From: Promethearchaeia archaeon
GTDB lineage: Archaea > Asgardarchaeota > Lokiarchaeia > Sigyniarchaeales > SOKP01
DNA length: 64,000 nucleotides
Reading direction: 5' to 3'
Assembly: GCA_029856145.1 (NCBI GenBank)
Contig: JAHQWK010000029.1
Coordinates: 15,130 to 79,129 of the forward strand
Part shown: positions 19,134 to 29,893 of the stretch, piece after piece
Position numbering within the stretch: the first letter of the stretch is position 1
Layout: every line of letters starts with the position of its first letter
Made by a program: the position numbers and the translations under genes
Notes under the pieces: generated by a model
The model's database searches: none
The model's input: the letters and a program-made list of their open reading frames with translations, nothing else
Told to the model about the DNA's origin: nothing

Positions 19134-20687
19134 ATGACTGAAGAAAAGAAATATGGACTTATTGTAATTGGCGGAGGAATGACAGGTCTAAGTACAGCTC
19201 TTACGTGGGCATTAAATCACGATACTAAAAAAGATCCAGTTCTTCTAATAGAAAAAGAACCAAAAACTGGAGGTTACGTTACTTCTTATGAACGCGAAGG
19301 TTTTTTATTTGATACATGTCAAATGATTCCAAATATTTCTGATATCTTAGATTATCTTGGAATAGAGATTGAATTAAAGAAATTTAAGGGCTATTATATG
19401 CGGATTTTCATTGTAGATCCTAAAACTGGTGAAAAAAAAGTACTAGAATTACCCTCTGGTGTTGAGACTTTTAAAAAGCAATTAATGGAACAATATCCTA
19501 ATAATGCGAAACAAATCGAGGATTTTTTAGATTATTCTCGTGCTATGTATTTAGAACTTTATAACTTGAAAGTAGAACCCACCGTTTCTGAAATTTTTAA
19601 AACACTACGTAAATGTCCTAAGATTGTGAAAAATTCCTCTAAAACGTTCAAAGAATATTTTGAAAAATTCGAAATAACAGAACAGGAAGTAAAAGAAATT
19701 TTCAATGTATTCGCAGAGTTTAGTGCTCTTCCCTCAGAAGAAGTCTCAGCGATCGTACCAATTTCCGCAATGAATTCTTTATTAGATGGTGCTTTTCGTC
19801 CTACGAAAGGATTTATTGAGTTTACTAAAAAAATTGAGGATAGATTTAAAAGTTTGGGAGGAGATTTGCTTTTGAACACAAAAGTAGATAAAATACTAGT
19901 AGAAGAAGGTAAGGTACAAGGAATAAAATTAAAGAATGGAAATGAAATCTATTCTGATTATGTAGTTACTACTTGTGATCCTAAAGTAGCAATGATTGAT
20001 ATGGTAGGATTAGATATAATTCGAGAACTCAATAAAAAATATGCAAAAAAAGTAGAAGAGGTAAAGATGTCTTGTTCTTCAATGAATTTAAGTATTGGAG
20101 TAGATGACGACATAGATCTTGAAGCTTTAGGATTGGATTGTGGATACAATGTCATAACTACAGGAGGAGATTCATATGATAGATTATTTGATGCTTATGA
20201 AAAAGGCGAAATTGGATTTAATAATAATAGATTCCATTTAGGAGTAATATGTCCTTCATTGACAACTGGAGGAAAACCAAATTTGACTGTTAGAATTACA
20301 CCTGTACCTTTAGGAAATTGGTTGGAATTGCGTGAAAAAGACACTGAAGAATACAAAAAAGAAAAACTTAGATGGGCAGAATTTTTTATAGATAAAGTCG
20401 AGAAATATTTAATTCCAGATTTGAGGAAGCACATTAAAGTATTAGATATTTCTACACCCGCCACATACGCTCGATATTCAGGTTCACCCACAGGTTCAGT
20501 TTACGATATGGCCCCCTATACAAATAATTTCGGAAGAACAAGACTAAAAATGAGGACTCCTATAGAAGGTTTATTTCAACCTAAATTCGTTCATGGAGTT
20601 TTTGGATGCTTGCTTGCTGGTATACAGGTTAACGATATGATTTTAGATGGAAAAATTATGAACGGTTACGCTCGTTATAAGCCCTAA
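19134..20687 (+). CDS. Phytoene desaturase-family FAD oxidoreductase
   Basis: VIGGGMTGL, EK..KTGGY..SYEREGFLFD, STPATYARY.GSPTGSVY; ATG at 19134 follows an AGGTGA SD. Confidence 0.82.
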   Translation: MTEEKKYGLIVIGGGMTGLSTALTWALNHDTKKDPVLLIEKEPKTGGYVTSYEREGFLFDTCQMIPNISDILDYLGIEIELKKFKGYYMRIFIVDPKTGEKKVLELPSGVETFKKQLMEQYPNNAKQIEDFLDYSRAMYLELYNLKVEPTVSEIFKTLRKCPKIVKNSSKTFKEYFEKFEITEQEVKEIFNVFAEFSALPSEEVSAIVPISAMNSLLDGAFRPTKGFIEFTKKIEDRFKSLGGDLLLNTKVDKILVEEGKVQGIKLKNGNEIYSDYVVTTCDPKVAMIDMVGLDIIRELNKKYAKKVEEVKMSCSSMNLSIGVDDDIDLEALGLDCGYNVITTGGDSYDRLFDAYEKGEIGFNNNRFHLGVICPSLTTGGKPNLTVRITPVPLGNWLELREKDTEEYKKEKLRWAEFFIDKVEKYLIPDLRKHIKVLDISTPATYARYSGSPTGSVYDMAPYTNNFGRTRLKMRTPIEGLFQPKFVHGVFGCLLAGIQVNDMILDGKIMNGYARYKP

Positions 20688-20785
20688 TTCTTTTATTTTA
20701 TTAATATTCTATTTTTTTTTACCTCTTTGAAAAAGAGACTCTAATCTAAAAGCTTTTACCTTAAGAAAATTTTGAAATCTTATAT

Positions 20786-21553
20786 ATGATCATATATCTC
20801 TCATTAATCGCAATATTTTTCTCAAGTATGGTTTATGGAATTATTGGATTTGGTGATGCCTTAATTTTAATACCTATTATAACGCCAATAATAGGAATTA
20901 GAAATGCTGTAATATTAGTAAACATTTGGGGAACTTTTCCTGCTTTACTCAATTTTATTAAATATCGAAAACTCTTAGATAAGGGTTATTTTTTCCGATT
21001 TCTATCATTGGGTATTCCTGCAACAATTCTAGGAACTTTTCTAATTATAAATATACGAGTCGAATGGATAGAGTTAATATTGGGATGTTTTATCTTTTTA
21101 TATTCTTCTTTAAAACTCATTAACTATTTTAAGAATCCTGATACTATTGAAATAAAAAATCAATTAAATACAACGCATCCACTTATTTTTCTTGGTGGTT
21201 TCTCGTATGGGTTGTTAACTGGATTAATTAGCGCAGCAGGACCAATAAATGTCGCATTATTAGAAAAAACTGGACATTATCGAGAAAGTTTTATTGAAAA
21301 TTTTGCTGCTATTGGAACTGTGTTGGCTATTTCAAGAATCCCGTTTTATTTTACCGAAAATATTTTTCCTTACGAGCTATTTTTAGTTTTTCTACTAGCA
21401 TTCCCTATTATATTCCTTGGAACTAAACTAGGTCATAAAATTACCCCTAAAATACCAGTTAAAAAATTTCAAATTATTATATTCTTCTTTCTCTTAGGAA
21501 TTAGTTTAAAATCGATTATTACCTCTAGCATCATCTTACTTAGTTTATATTAA
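20786..21553 (+). CDS. Sulfite exporter TauE/SafE family membrane protein
   Basis: Two GxxGxG-type repeats (GIIGFGDAL, GLLTGLISAAGP), about 8 hydrophobic segments. Confidence 0.85.
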   Translation: MIIYLSLIAIFFSSMVYGIIGFGDALILIPIITPIIGIRNAVILVNIWGTFPALLNFIKYRKLLDKGYFFRFLSLGIPATILGTFLIINIRVEWIELILGCFIFLYSSLKLINYFKNPDTIEIKNQLNTTHPLIFLGGFSYGLLTGLISAAGPINVALLEKTGHYRESFIENFAAIGTVLAISRIPFYFTENIFPYELFLVFLLAFPIIFLGTKLGHKITPKIPVKKFQIIIFFFLLGISLKSIITSSIILLSLY

Positions 21554-21633
21554 TTAAAAAAGTGTAGAAATTTGGGGACATTTAACTTGCATTTTACATA
21601 ATATTAAAAATTAATTTTACTAAAAAATTCAAT

Positions 21634-22161
21634 ATGAAATCTAAAAATAGAGATAATATTATTCTCATTTACTTCTTAATTTCTCTTATTTCAATCGTAT
21701 TTGCATTCTATTATATCAGTCAATACTATGGGCCGCTATTTAGAGATCCAATCTATGTATTAGTAAACTTAATCGGATCACTTTTTATTGTAGTAATAAT
21801 TGAATTTGTTGTTATATATGGATTTCTAAGATCACTTGATTTAAATAATAAAGATTTATTTCTTTCTGTTTTAATAGTTAATCTTGCAATATTTCTTCCC
21901 ATTCAAATAGTTGCTTATCTTTTCTTGGCATTCTATATTATTTTTTATCCTTTCTATATATTGGCAATCTTTATTATAGGCCTTTGCTTGGAATGGTTAT
22001 TATATCGTTTTGAATTTCAAAAACTCTTAGAAAAAAAATCATTAAACAAGGAAATATCCCCCAAAAAAATAATATTGATATCAGTATTAGCTAATTTGGC
22101 TTCTGGGGTTCTTACTAATATTTATCCTGGTCTTATCCTATTAATAGCATTTGCTAAATAG
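21634..22161 (+). CDS. Hypothetical multi-pass membrane protein
   Basis: 175 aa, about 5 hydrophobic segments, repeated SVL.N L motif. Confidence 0.65.
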   Translation: MKSKNRDNIILIYFLISLISIVFAFYYISQYYGPLFRDPIYVLVNLIGSLFIVVIIEFVVIYGFLRSLDLNNKDLFLSVLIVNLAIFLPIQIVAYLFLAFYIIFYPFYILAIFIIGLCLEWLLYRFEFQKLLEKKSLNKEISPKKIILISVLANLASGVLTNIYPGLILLIAFAK

Positions 22162-22261
22162 CCGGGATTATATCCTTAATTTACAGTACAATTTCTTTAT
22201 TAAAAGAATTGGATTTGAATATAAAGAAAAAAGAAAATAAGAATATAAATTTTTAATTTAA

Positions 22262-23521
22262 TTATAGAAGTCCTGTATACCTCTGAATTTGATGTTGAAT
22301 TAAAAGAAGTTGTATATTTCTTGCACCACCAATTACTTCTTCAATTTTACTTACATCAACTAATTCATCTACGGGAGTATTGTCGGTAACGCTAACACCT
22401 CCCATATGCTGCTGCACTTCATAGCAAACTTCGTGTGCAAGTTTAGCTAAATAATATTTACCTTGAGAAGAAATTGACGCAACCCATTTTTCTGCCTCTT
22501 TAGAAGGTTTTTCTGTAAATAAAATTCTCTCATCGAATACTGTTGCGGCTTGAAGAGCTAAAGCAGTTGCGGCATTAGTTTTTGTTAATAAATCCGCTAA
22601 TCCATATCCAACCCCTTGATATCTGATTACAGGTTTTCCAAATTGTTTCCTTAAATTGGTATAAATAATACCATAAATTAATCCCGCCCAGCAAATTCCT
22701 ACACCACTGCCCATTATAGAAAGCCTTTCGGGAACTAAACCTTCAAAAAGTCTTTTATATCCAAGTCCATCATCTGCAAGTACATATTCATGAGGTACTA
22801 AGACGTTATCTAGTATTGTATGTGCAATCTGCACTCTTGGCACAGAGTTAATTTTTAACCGTTCAGTTCTTACACCAAATTCACGAGCTATAATAGCTTG
22901 CACCATAGTGTCTCTTGGATTTCCTTCATCATAAACCCCATAACATGCAAAATAGTCAGCAACAGCTCCATTAGTTGTATAAACTTTCTCTCCGTTAAAT
23001 ATTACGCCATCATCCGTTTTTGTACATTTAGTCGTTAAATTTACAGCATCAGAACCTCTTTCAGGCTCAGTAATGCCTATACAACCAATTTTTTGTCCTG
23101 ATAAAAGCTCATCTTGCACTTTTGAGGGTATATCAGATTTTCCTCCATGTTCATAATAATGAAAAGTAGGATTTCCACATAATATCCCAGTTGCCAATCG
23201 TGCAAGTTCTAATTGAGGGTCTAACAACGAGAGATGAGTGCCTAATAATATTTCTTTTTTCATCCCATATGGTTTAAAGTCTTTCCAGGGATTAATTCTT
23301 TGAATATATCCACGTTTTCCAAGTTCGGGAAGTAAACCATATACATCCTTTGATTTATCAATATTTGGGTGTAAATCTAAGCTGAATTCTTGAAGTTCTT
23401 GACAATACTCTCGTTCCTCTTCATTTAACATTGGAAAAACGTTATCATTAAAGATTTTGAAGACATTTTCCAATGACATCTTTTCAAGAATATTATCATC
23501 TATAATTTTCTCTTGGAACAT
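22262..23521 (-). CDS. Acyl-CoA dehydrogenase
   Basis: GCIGITEPERGSDA, NGEKVYTTNG, RKQFGKPV..YQGV, QHMGG, EVIGGARNIQ. Confidence 0.9.
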   Translation of the reverse strand: MFQEKIIDDNILEKMSLENVFKIFNDNVFPMLNEEEREYCQELQEFSLDLHPNIDKSKDVYGLLPELGKRGYIQRINPWKDFKPYGMKKEILLGTHLSLLDPQLELARLATGILCGNPTFHYYEHGGKSDIPSKVQDELLSGQKIGCIGITEPERGSDAVNLTTKCTKTDDGVIFNGEKVYTTNGAVADYFACYGVYDEGNPRDTMVQAIIAREFGVRTERLKINSVPRVQIAHTILDNVLVPHEYVLADDGLGYKRLFEGLVPERLSIMGSGVGICWAGLIYGIIYTNLRKQFGKPVIRYQGVGYGLADLLTKTNAATALALQAATVFDERILFTEKPSKEAEKWVASISSQGKYYLAKLAHEVCYEVQQHMGGVSVTDNTPVDELVDVSKIEEVIGGARNIQLLLIQHQIQRYTGLL

Positions 23522-23635
23522 TTTTTCGTCAATTTAATTTGTAATTTTAATAATTTGAAAGTATTTATATTAATTAATCTAAATTTTTTATTACAATTAA
23601 ATTTTTGAATTTAAAATGGAGTTAGAAAGAATTCT

Positions 23636-25408
23636 TTAGTAATTATTATAAATATAATTATCTCTCACATAATTTTGAACCCTTTTAATTTCAGCTAAAT
23701 GAGTTTTAACTTTACCAAATATATAAAAGCGAACATCAGGTCCAGTACCGCTAGGTCGGAAATATAAAGTCGAATTTTCACTTTTTAATTGATAAATATC
23801 AATCATGTTATTGTTATCTGATAATGCATGGACTTTATAGTCTTTTTCGTTAATACTGATGGTTTTTCCATCATTTTTTTCAAAGTTTTTCATAATTCTG
23901 ATTTTCTCTTCATCTACAGCAGGAATTGTACGATTGATACCTTTAATAGTCCAATCAATTGATTCAGAAATGATATAACCTCTACATATAAGTTCTGTTA
24001 TTAACACTAAGGCAGGGACGGGGTACTTATCTGCTATAATTGTAAAATCAGTGGAAAAATTATATTCTTTGGTTTCATTATTCTTATAAACGTCCAAAAC
24101 ATTTAGGGTATGGCCCCCACTCTCTTCCCAATACACCATTAAATAGGATTCCTTCTCTATTTGTTGATTTTCCATTAATTTTATTATCTGTTGTTTAAGT
24201 GGTGTTGGTTTATTAATTTTAATTAGGGTTCCATTCTCATCTTCAAAATAAAGTATTGCAGTATCAATTTTTGATTGCTCTACTTCGACTCCGAGAAGAA
24301 AATACATAATCACCCCCAGATGTTTATATCCAACCCCCGTTAAAATGTTAATAAAACTTGTCTTATCTCCTCGTAAATCACTAGGGATTGTCCTTACATT
24401 TATGATTTTTTTATTAAATTCCTTTGCTAAAATATTATGCATAGCTGTGTAAATCTCATTTGGAATATACGTATAATATTTTCCATTCTGTTTAACATAT
24501 AAAACAATTCTATCTCTATCAGCATCTAAAAGCAAAGCAATATTTGAATTAGCTTGTTCCATTATTTTTTGCAGTTTTTCCTCTTGTACATTTTTAAGAG
24601 GGTTAGGAGGATTGAGTTCCTCATCGATAACTGTGACATTGGCACCATAGTGCTTAAATAGATTTACAATACCTCTAGCCTTACCTAAATAAGGCCAAAT
24701 TACTATATTCATATCTCTTATACTCTTAATTTCTATGACTTTTGATACCAAATTGATTACGTAATCATTGTTTTTTTGCTCAGCATCGAGGCTAATGGGT
24801 GTGAAGTCTGATTTTAATTGAATTTCATTCACATCAAGAGCTTTTTTCGAGATATCCTTAAATAAATCGCCTGACATTGGGATAGGGTAATTTATATATA
24901 GTTTTATACCGTTCCAAGATAAATCATTGTGACTAGCAGTTAAAACTAAAATTAAGTTTATGTCTTTGTATAATGCGACTGATGCCGCTCCATAGGGAGC
25001 AGAAATCTTTGATTCTCCGGGATTGTCTTTTTGATAATGAATCTTAAATCCATCATAAGCAAAAATTTCAGAACAAAACTGGAGCAAAAGATCCTTAGTT
25101 GGTCTGTTATCTGTAAAAATTAGTAAATTTAAATTTTGATTTCCCTTCATTTCTTTAAATTTTAAGCTAATCGCTTTAAACATCCTAAGGAATAGAAAGA
25201 ACTTTCTCTTGGTCAGAACATATGATTCTTCATCTTCCTGTTTTTGAACTTCAAGAATTTGAATTCGTAACCCTGATGTAGGAGCAACAATAGGATTAAT
25301 AATATTTTTTTCTTCTTCAGTTAGTTCTGGTAACTTTATAATCTTTATTCCTTCTTCTGATTGGTCTAATTTAATATCTTCGATTTCAAAATTAAACAAA
25401 AATTTCAC
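23636..25408 (-). CDS. Phosphohexomutase (PGM/PMM family)
   Basis: TSGLR, LTASHN (phospho-Ser), DADRDR metal loop, WEESGG, FRPSGTGP. Confidence 0.88.
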   Translation of the reverse strand: MKFLFNFEIEDIKLDQSEEGIKIIKLPELTEEEKNIINPIVAPTSGLRIQILEVQKQEDEESYVLTKRKFFLFLRMFKAISLKFKEMKGNQNLNLLIFTDNRPTKDLLLQFCSEIFAYDGFKIHYQKDNPGESKISAPYGAASVALYKDINLILVLTASHNDLSWNGIKLYINYPIPMSGDLFKDISKKALDVNEIQLKSDFTPISLDAEQKNNDYVINLVSKVIEIKSIRDMNIVIWPYLGKARGIVNLFKHYGANVTVIDEELNPPNPLKNVQEEKLQKIMEQANSNIALLLDADRDRIVLYVKQNGKYYTYIPNEIYTAMHNILAKEFNKKIINVRTIPSDLRGDKTSFINILTGVGYKHLGVIMYFLLGVEVEQSKIDTAILYFEDENGTLIKINKPTPLKQQIIKLMENQQIEKESYLMVYWEESGGHTLNVLDVYKNNETKEYNFSTDFTIIADKYPVPALVLITELICRGYIISESIDWTIKGINRTIPAVDEEKIRIMKNFEKNDGKTISINEKDYKVHALSDNNNMIDIYQLKSENSTLYFRPSGTGPDVRFYIFGKVKTHLAEIKRVQNYVRDNYIYNNY

Positions 25409-25446
25409 CCTAAATTGATTTAAATTACATTATATTTAATTGAATC

Positions 25447-26325
25447 TTAAGAAATTTCTTTTATTGCTTCTTTCAAGATTGCTAATATCTTTTCTCGGTA
25501 AATAGGTTCGATTGCAATCATTCCATGAGTTTTTATGACACGGCTTTCGCTAGATAGAATTTTTTGGCAGAATTCTGGAGTTAACCTATTTGTTAAATCT
25601 TGTTTATTTGCTATACCAATTACTAGTTTATCCTGATAAAATTTATCTAATACTTCATGAATTATCTCTTTTGAGTTGTTAATATTCTCAAATGTAGAAT
25701 CTGTAATAAGAAGAGTTATGTCCGTTCCTTGTAAAAGACTTTTCCATAGGGATCTGAATTGAGCTTGTCCCGCAAAGTCCCATAGAGTTATGGATCTCTC
25801 AAATTCATCACCCTCATAAGAAGCAATATCAGCAGTGATTGTTGGAACATATTCAAGATCTACATCCTTTCCACAGATCAACTTTGTTAGAGTAGTTTTT
25901 CCAACACCACCAAATCCTATAATGGATACTTTAATTGCTCCTAAAATGATATCATCTAACTCTGTTTCAAATTCAGTAAAGATACTTCGATTTCCTGCCC
26001 AGCTCCCATCCTCTAAAATCTTCCTATATTTCTCGAGAAATCTGGTTCTAATACTTAATATTTTAGAATTTACACTAACATCATCATCTTCTAAATCAGT
26101 GCAAACTACGATGATAATCATATCTATTATCGTATAAAAATATTTGAAATCCTCTGTTTGTGTGCTTTTAATATCACTTTGACTAATTTCTTTCATAAAT
26201 CCCGAAAAAGCACTTAAGAAACCAGCTAATAAATCTCTATCTACTTCAGAAGTTCCATAGTTCCTGAATAACAATGACTTACCGTCTTTCGTAAGACAAT
26301 TAACGTACTGGATCAACTTTTCCAC
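25447..26325 (-). CDS. Longin-domain + small GTPase fusion
   Basis: N-terminal DGKSLLFRNY...LLAGFLSAF...longin pattern; GFGGVGKT, YVPT, WDFAGQ, NKQD. Confidence 0.85.
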   Translation of the reverse strand: MEKLIQYVNCLTKDGKSLLFRNYGTSEVDRDLLAGFLSAFSGFMKEISQSDIKSTQTEDFKYFYTIIDMIIIVVCTDLEDDDVSVNSKILSIRTRFLEKYRKILEDGSWAGNRSIFTEFETELDDIILGAIKVSIIGFGGVGKTTLTKLICGKDVDLEYVPTITADIASYEGDEFERSITLWDFAGQAQFRSLWKSLLQGTDITLLITDSTFENINNSKEIIHEVLDKFYQDKLVIGIANKQDLTNRLTPEFCQKILSSESRVIKTHGMIAIEPIYREKILAILKEAIKEIS

Positions 26326-26460
26326 TTAAGAAGTTTTTTATAATAGCACAATATTAATTAAATAATAAATTTCGATAAAAAATAAATTTTGTAAAAGTTC
26401 TTACTTTCTAACAATTAAAAACTTTTTTTATTAAAATAACTTTAAAAAAAAAGTATAAAA

Positions 26461-27114
26461 TTATGAATTATTGATCTTTAAGATTTTCTTTCTCTTATAA
26501 ATCATAGTAACGGCTATAATTCCTACTACTAATATTGATATTGTTGTGGATAAGGTATAACCTGGAATTTCAGGACCAGGACTTGTCATTACAAAATTCT
26601 CCATAACGTTATAAGTTCCAGATTCACTAAATTCTGAGCTGGTGAAATCATATTCAAAGATTATTTCTAGATCAAGAGGGAATAAATCGTTCGTTATAAG
26701 AAATGAATGAATACTATAATTATAAAGTAAATCTCCGAATTGGATTAAACTTGTACTATCAACTCCAACACCAGAGTGGTTATTCCAAGTTCCATCATAA
26801 GAGAAACTAGCATTAAAAGTTAATGTAGCTGTCAACATTGTGACAAATAGTGAATTCAAGGTGATAACAAAAACATCTGATACTAATTCCGAATGAGTAT
26901 CGTCAAGTTTTACGAACATAGCTCCAAAGACTATGCTATAATTAAGCGTTGTCGTATCATAAACGAAAGTAAATGACTTAATCTCTTCAAAAATTTTTTG
27001 CGAAGCATTTTCATATTCACTACGATACGCACCTAAAACAGTAGTAGGACCACTTCCCAGTAAAAGGACGGAAAAAACTAATAACACCAAACTACCTTTA
27101 CTTATTTTTTTCAT
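26461..27114 (-). CDS. Secreted/surface protein with C-terminal IPGY-TM-basic anchor
   Basis: Signal peptide MKKISKGSLVLLVF..., C-terminus PEIPGYTLSTTISILVVGIIAVTMIYKRKK. Confidence 0.7.
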   Translation of the reverse strand: MKKISKGSLVLLVFSVLLLGSGPTTVLGAYRSEYENASQKIFEEIKSFTFVYDTTTLNYSIVFGAMFVKLDDTHSELVSDVFVITLNSLFVTMLTATLTFNASFSYDGTWNNHSGVGVDSTSLIQFGDLLYNYSIHSFLITNDLFPLDLEIIFEYDFTSSEFSESGTYNVMENFVMTSPGPEIPGYTLSTTISILVVGIIAVTMIYKRKKILKINNS

Positions 27115-27220
27115 TAAAAATCGCTATTTTTAATTGGTAGTTAATAAGTATGATACCATAACTCTTAAGCATGTTTGACATTAATGTTAAAGAAACATTT
27201 TCATAATTATATTATATCCT

Positions 27221-27318
27221 TTGGCTGCATCTAAAGATTTAAAGTCAACAACTATCTTACTCTTCGCTTGGAAGGTGGGGAAACTATAATTTATGTGAAA
27301 AATAACTATAATTTATAG
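27221..27318 (+). pseudogene. Frameshifted remnant of an N-terminal domain that I recall from lokiarchaeal (often LRR) proteins
   Basis: TTG start MAASKD, then after a 1-nt shift FKVNNYLTLRLEGGETIIYVKNNYNL-stop. Confidence 0.4.
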
Positions 27319-27364
27319 GTATGACAAAATAGTAAGTTAGGAGTGAGATGAGCCTTTTTTCTTT

Positions 27365-27523
27365 ATGAAATGTATTAGAATGAAGCAAAACGGTTTATGG
27401 GAACGCCCTTCGTTAAAAGAAGGGATAACTATTAAAGTTGGATTAGAAGAATTGAGTAATATTTTATCTGTATTAAAGCTTAGAAAAGATTCTTATAAAC
27501 ATTCCTATATTAAATCATCTTGA
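27365..27523 (+). pseudogene. Short ORF, probably an internal fragment of a conserved lokiarchaeal hypothetical protein
   Basis: MKCIRMKQNGLWERPSLKEGITIKVGLEELSNILSVLK..., 52 aa, protein-like; in-frame stops upstream. Confidence 0.35.
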
Positions 27524-27685
27524 AGATGTATTTTATTAAAATATTACTGAAATCAAGTTAATTTTTTTTACTTCAGAAGTTTTTTATACGAGCATTATAT
27601 TAATAAAATAATAATTTTATATGCAAATTAACTCTGTCTTTTTAACGTTTATCTCTTCAAATGCATATCAATAAGAGGAAAATTA

Positions 27686-28285
27686 ATGGTAGATAAAAAT
27701 AATTTAGAAAAAGAAGATACCGTTAAATTTATCAAAGAAGCTAATGAAAAAATTGATAAATTCGCATCGATCCTCGAGAAGTTTGGACTAGATATTATTA
27801 CTAAGATGGGTCAAACAAACCTAAAAATTAATGTATTAACTGATAAAATCAATGAGTTAAGTAAAGCAACACTCGATATAAAATCATTAGTACCTCAATT
27901 AAATAATGTAATTGAAAACCAAAAGATCCTTGAAGCGGAGCTTGACTTAATTAGATCTTTAATCCAAAGATCAGAGATTTCATTATCCTCGAAACATATG
28001 GAAAGCGAAGAAATTGCACGAGATACATCCGTAACTGATAAAAAACAATTAATTATAGATCAATTCAACGATCTCAAAAATGAGGTTGATGAACTTAACG
28101 ATCCAGAATTAGTGGTTGAACGACTTGATAATATCAAGGAAGACATATTTATCTTCAAAGGAGGCCATAGGATTCTCTATGAGATTTCACAATTTGTAAA
28201 AAAATTGAATGGATTAGAGACCATTCCAGATGATATAAAAGAATCTGTAAAAGAGAAAATTGTTTTTTGGATAAATAAACTTTAA
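27686..28285 (+). CDS. Hypothetical coiled-coil protein
   Basis: 199 aa, GAGG SD, heptad pattern in N-terminal half, helical C-terminal domain. Confidence 0.7.
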   Translation: MVDKNNLEKEDTVKFIKEANEKIDKFASILEKFGLDIITKMGQTNLKINVLTDKINELSKATLDIKSLVPQLNNVIENQKILEAELDLIRSLIQRSEISLSSKHMESEEIARDTSVTDKKQLIIDQFNDLKNEVDELNDPELVVERLDNIKEDIFIFKGGHRILYEISQFVKKLNGLETIPDDIKESVKEKIVFWINKL

Positions 28286-28619
28286 TCCCACCTAAGATAT
28301 TTACTCTTTTTCTAATCCCGTCAAAATCTTCTCTTATTTATATTAATATTTTTAATTCTATGAAAGTAATTTTAGAGAGAATTAAGGAGAAGGTGTATTA
28401 AAAGAAAAATATGTGAAATCAATGAGATATTATCTTCTCTCTATTCGCTTAGTTTAATTGAGGTAAATAGTGATCAAAGTGGTTAATAGAAATTGTAATA
28501 ATATCTATTTAAATCTCAAGATTTTTTGGAATGAAAGCATTTGCATCAAAAATTAAAACTCATAAAAGAAAGGATTTTAAAAAATAATTATTGAAAAAGT
28601 GAACCTGAAAAAAATATCC

Positions 28620-29201
28620 TTATTTTTCTTCTAGTTTTGAACGCAAAGTAAGTTCAGCAATTTTTTGAAATATAAGATGGGCTTTTTCCCCTGTTAACGC
28701 TGAAGTTTCAAAAAAAGGCGCAGCTATTTTTTCACTTAAATGTTCAGCCATGGGTAATATAATCTTTCTTTCGTCTTTAAGGTCAATTTTATTACCAATT
28801 AAAATACGGGGAATTCCTGAAAGGCCGTATTTCACTGAAGTCTGCCACCAATTGTTTATATTTGAAAATGAACTTGAGCGTGTTATATCATAAACTAACA
28901 TCATCCCATCAGCACCGTTAAAATAGGGCCGATGTAACATGTAGAATTGCGGTTGTCCTGCTATATCCCAAATCATGAGATTTACTGTGGTGTCCTTGCC
29001 CATATCATCCTTAATTGTGACTGGTTCCTTTGTAATATTGACACCCACGGTTGGAATATATTCATAATCAAATTTTTCACCACAGAAATTCGTCAAAAGG
29101 CTTGTTTTACCAACAGCAGGATCTCCAATTACTATTATTTTGAAGATCATCTCAGTTTTTCCTTGAAACACTATTTTTCCTTTTTCTTTATCATCTGTCA
29201 T
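28620..29201 (-). CDS. Rab-like small GTPase
   Basis: GDPAVGKT, YIPTVGV, IWDIAGQ, GNKID, ETSA; no C-terminal Cys prenylation motif. Confidence 0.93.
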   Translation of the reverse strand: MTDDKEKGKIVFQGKTEMIFKIIVIGDPAVGKTSLLTNFCGEKFDYEYIPTVGVNITKEPVTIKDDMGKDTTVNLMIWDIAGQPQFYMLHRPYFNGADGMMLVYDITRSSSFSNINNWWQTSVKYGLSGIPRILIGNKIDLKDERKIILPMAEHLSEKIAAPFFETSALTGEKAHLIFQKIAELTLRSKLEEK

Positions 29202-29282
29202 GATTTTGGTAAAGTATCTTTTTGAAATTTTTAAGTTTTTAATTAATTAATTAATGAAATTCCAATATAAAAATTTTAATTA

Positions 29283-29825
29283 TTATTCTTGAAGTTGTAT
29301 TCGTTTTTTTATTTCAAATTTCGAAGTTTTGCTTTTCTCGCGAGAGATAAAAAATATTTCATTTAAGAGAAAATGAATTTCATTCCAATTGTCCTGTAAA
29401 TTCTTCATTATGTTTAGAAGGTTATTTTTCCCTTGAATTTGACCGACGCTCAAATGCGGTCTAAATCCATGTTTATATTTATTTACATCATTACAATCGG
29501 GGATAATTTCTATAATTATAGCTTGTAAATTGTTAACCAATTCAACAGGTTCTGGATTGAGCCACAATGTATATCTTTGTTTTCCATGGTTAAAATAATT
29601 AAACTGCTCTAAATGAATTTCAAAAGGTTTAATAGATTTGCACTTATTTGAAAAATCTTTTTCAAGTGTTGGATATTCATCTTCTGGTCTAAATGGATAC
29701 AATAAAGTAATATGGGGCATCCACCGATTAATTTGACGATCATATTTTTCACGAATTTCTTGGATTGGTGCCCATTTTTCTTCTGGTGGAATTATTACAA
29801 CCGCAGAAGTATAGACTTTACTCAT
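29283..29825 (-). CDS. 2H phosphoesterase (2'-5' RNA ligase family)
   Basis: Two HxT/S motifs: PHITL and PHLSV. Confidence 0.88.
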   Translation of the reverse strand: MSKVYTSAVVIIPPEEKWAPIQEIREKYDRQINRWMPHITLLYPFRPEDEYPTLEKDFSNKCKSIKPFEIHLEQFNYFNHGKQRYTLWLNPEPVELVNNLQAIIIEIIPDCNDVNKYKHGFRPHLSVGQIQGKNNLLNIMKNLQDNWNEIHFLLNEIFFISREKSKTSKFEIKKRIQLQE

Positions 29826-29893
29826 AATAATTCTTTTTATAATTTCAAATTAAAAGATTTTTATTTTAGAAAATTTTACTTCTAATTTGAAAC

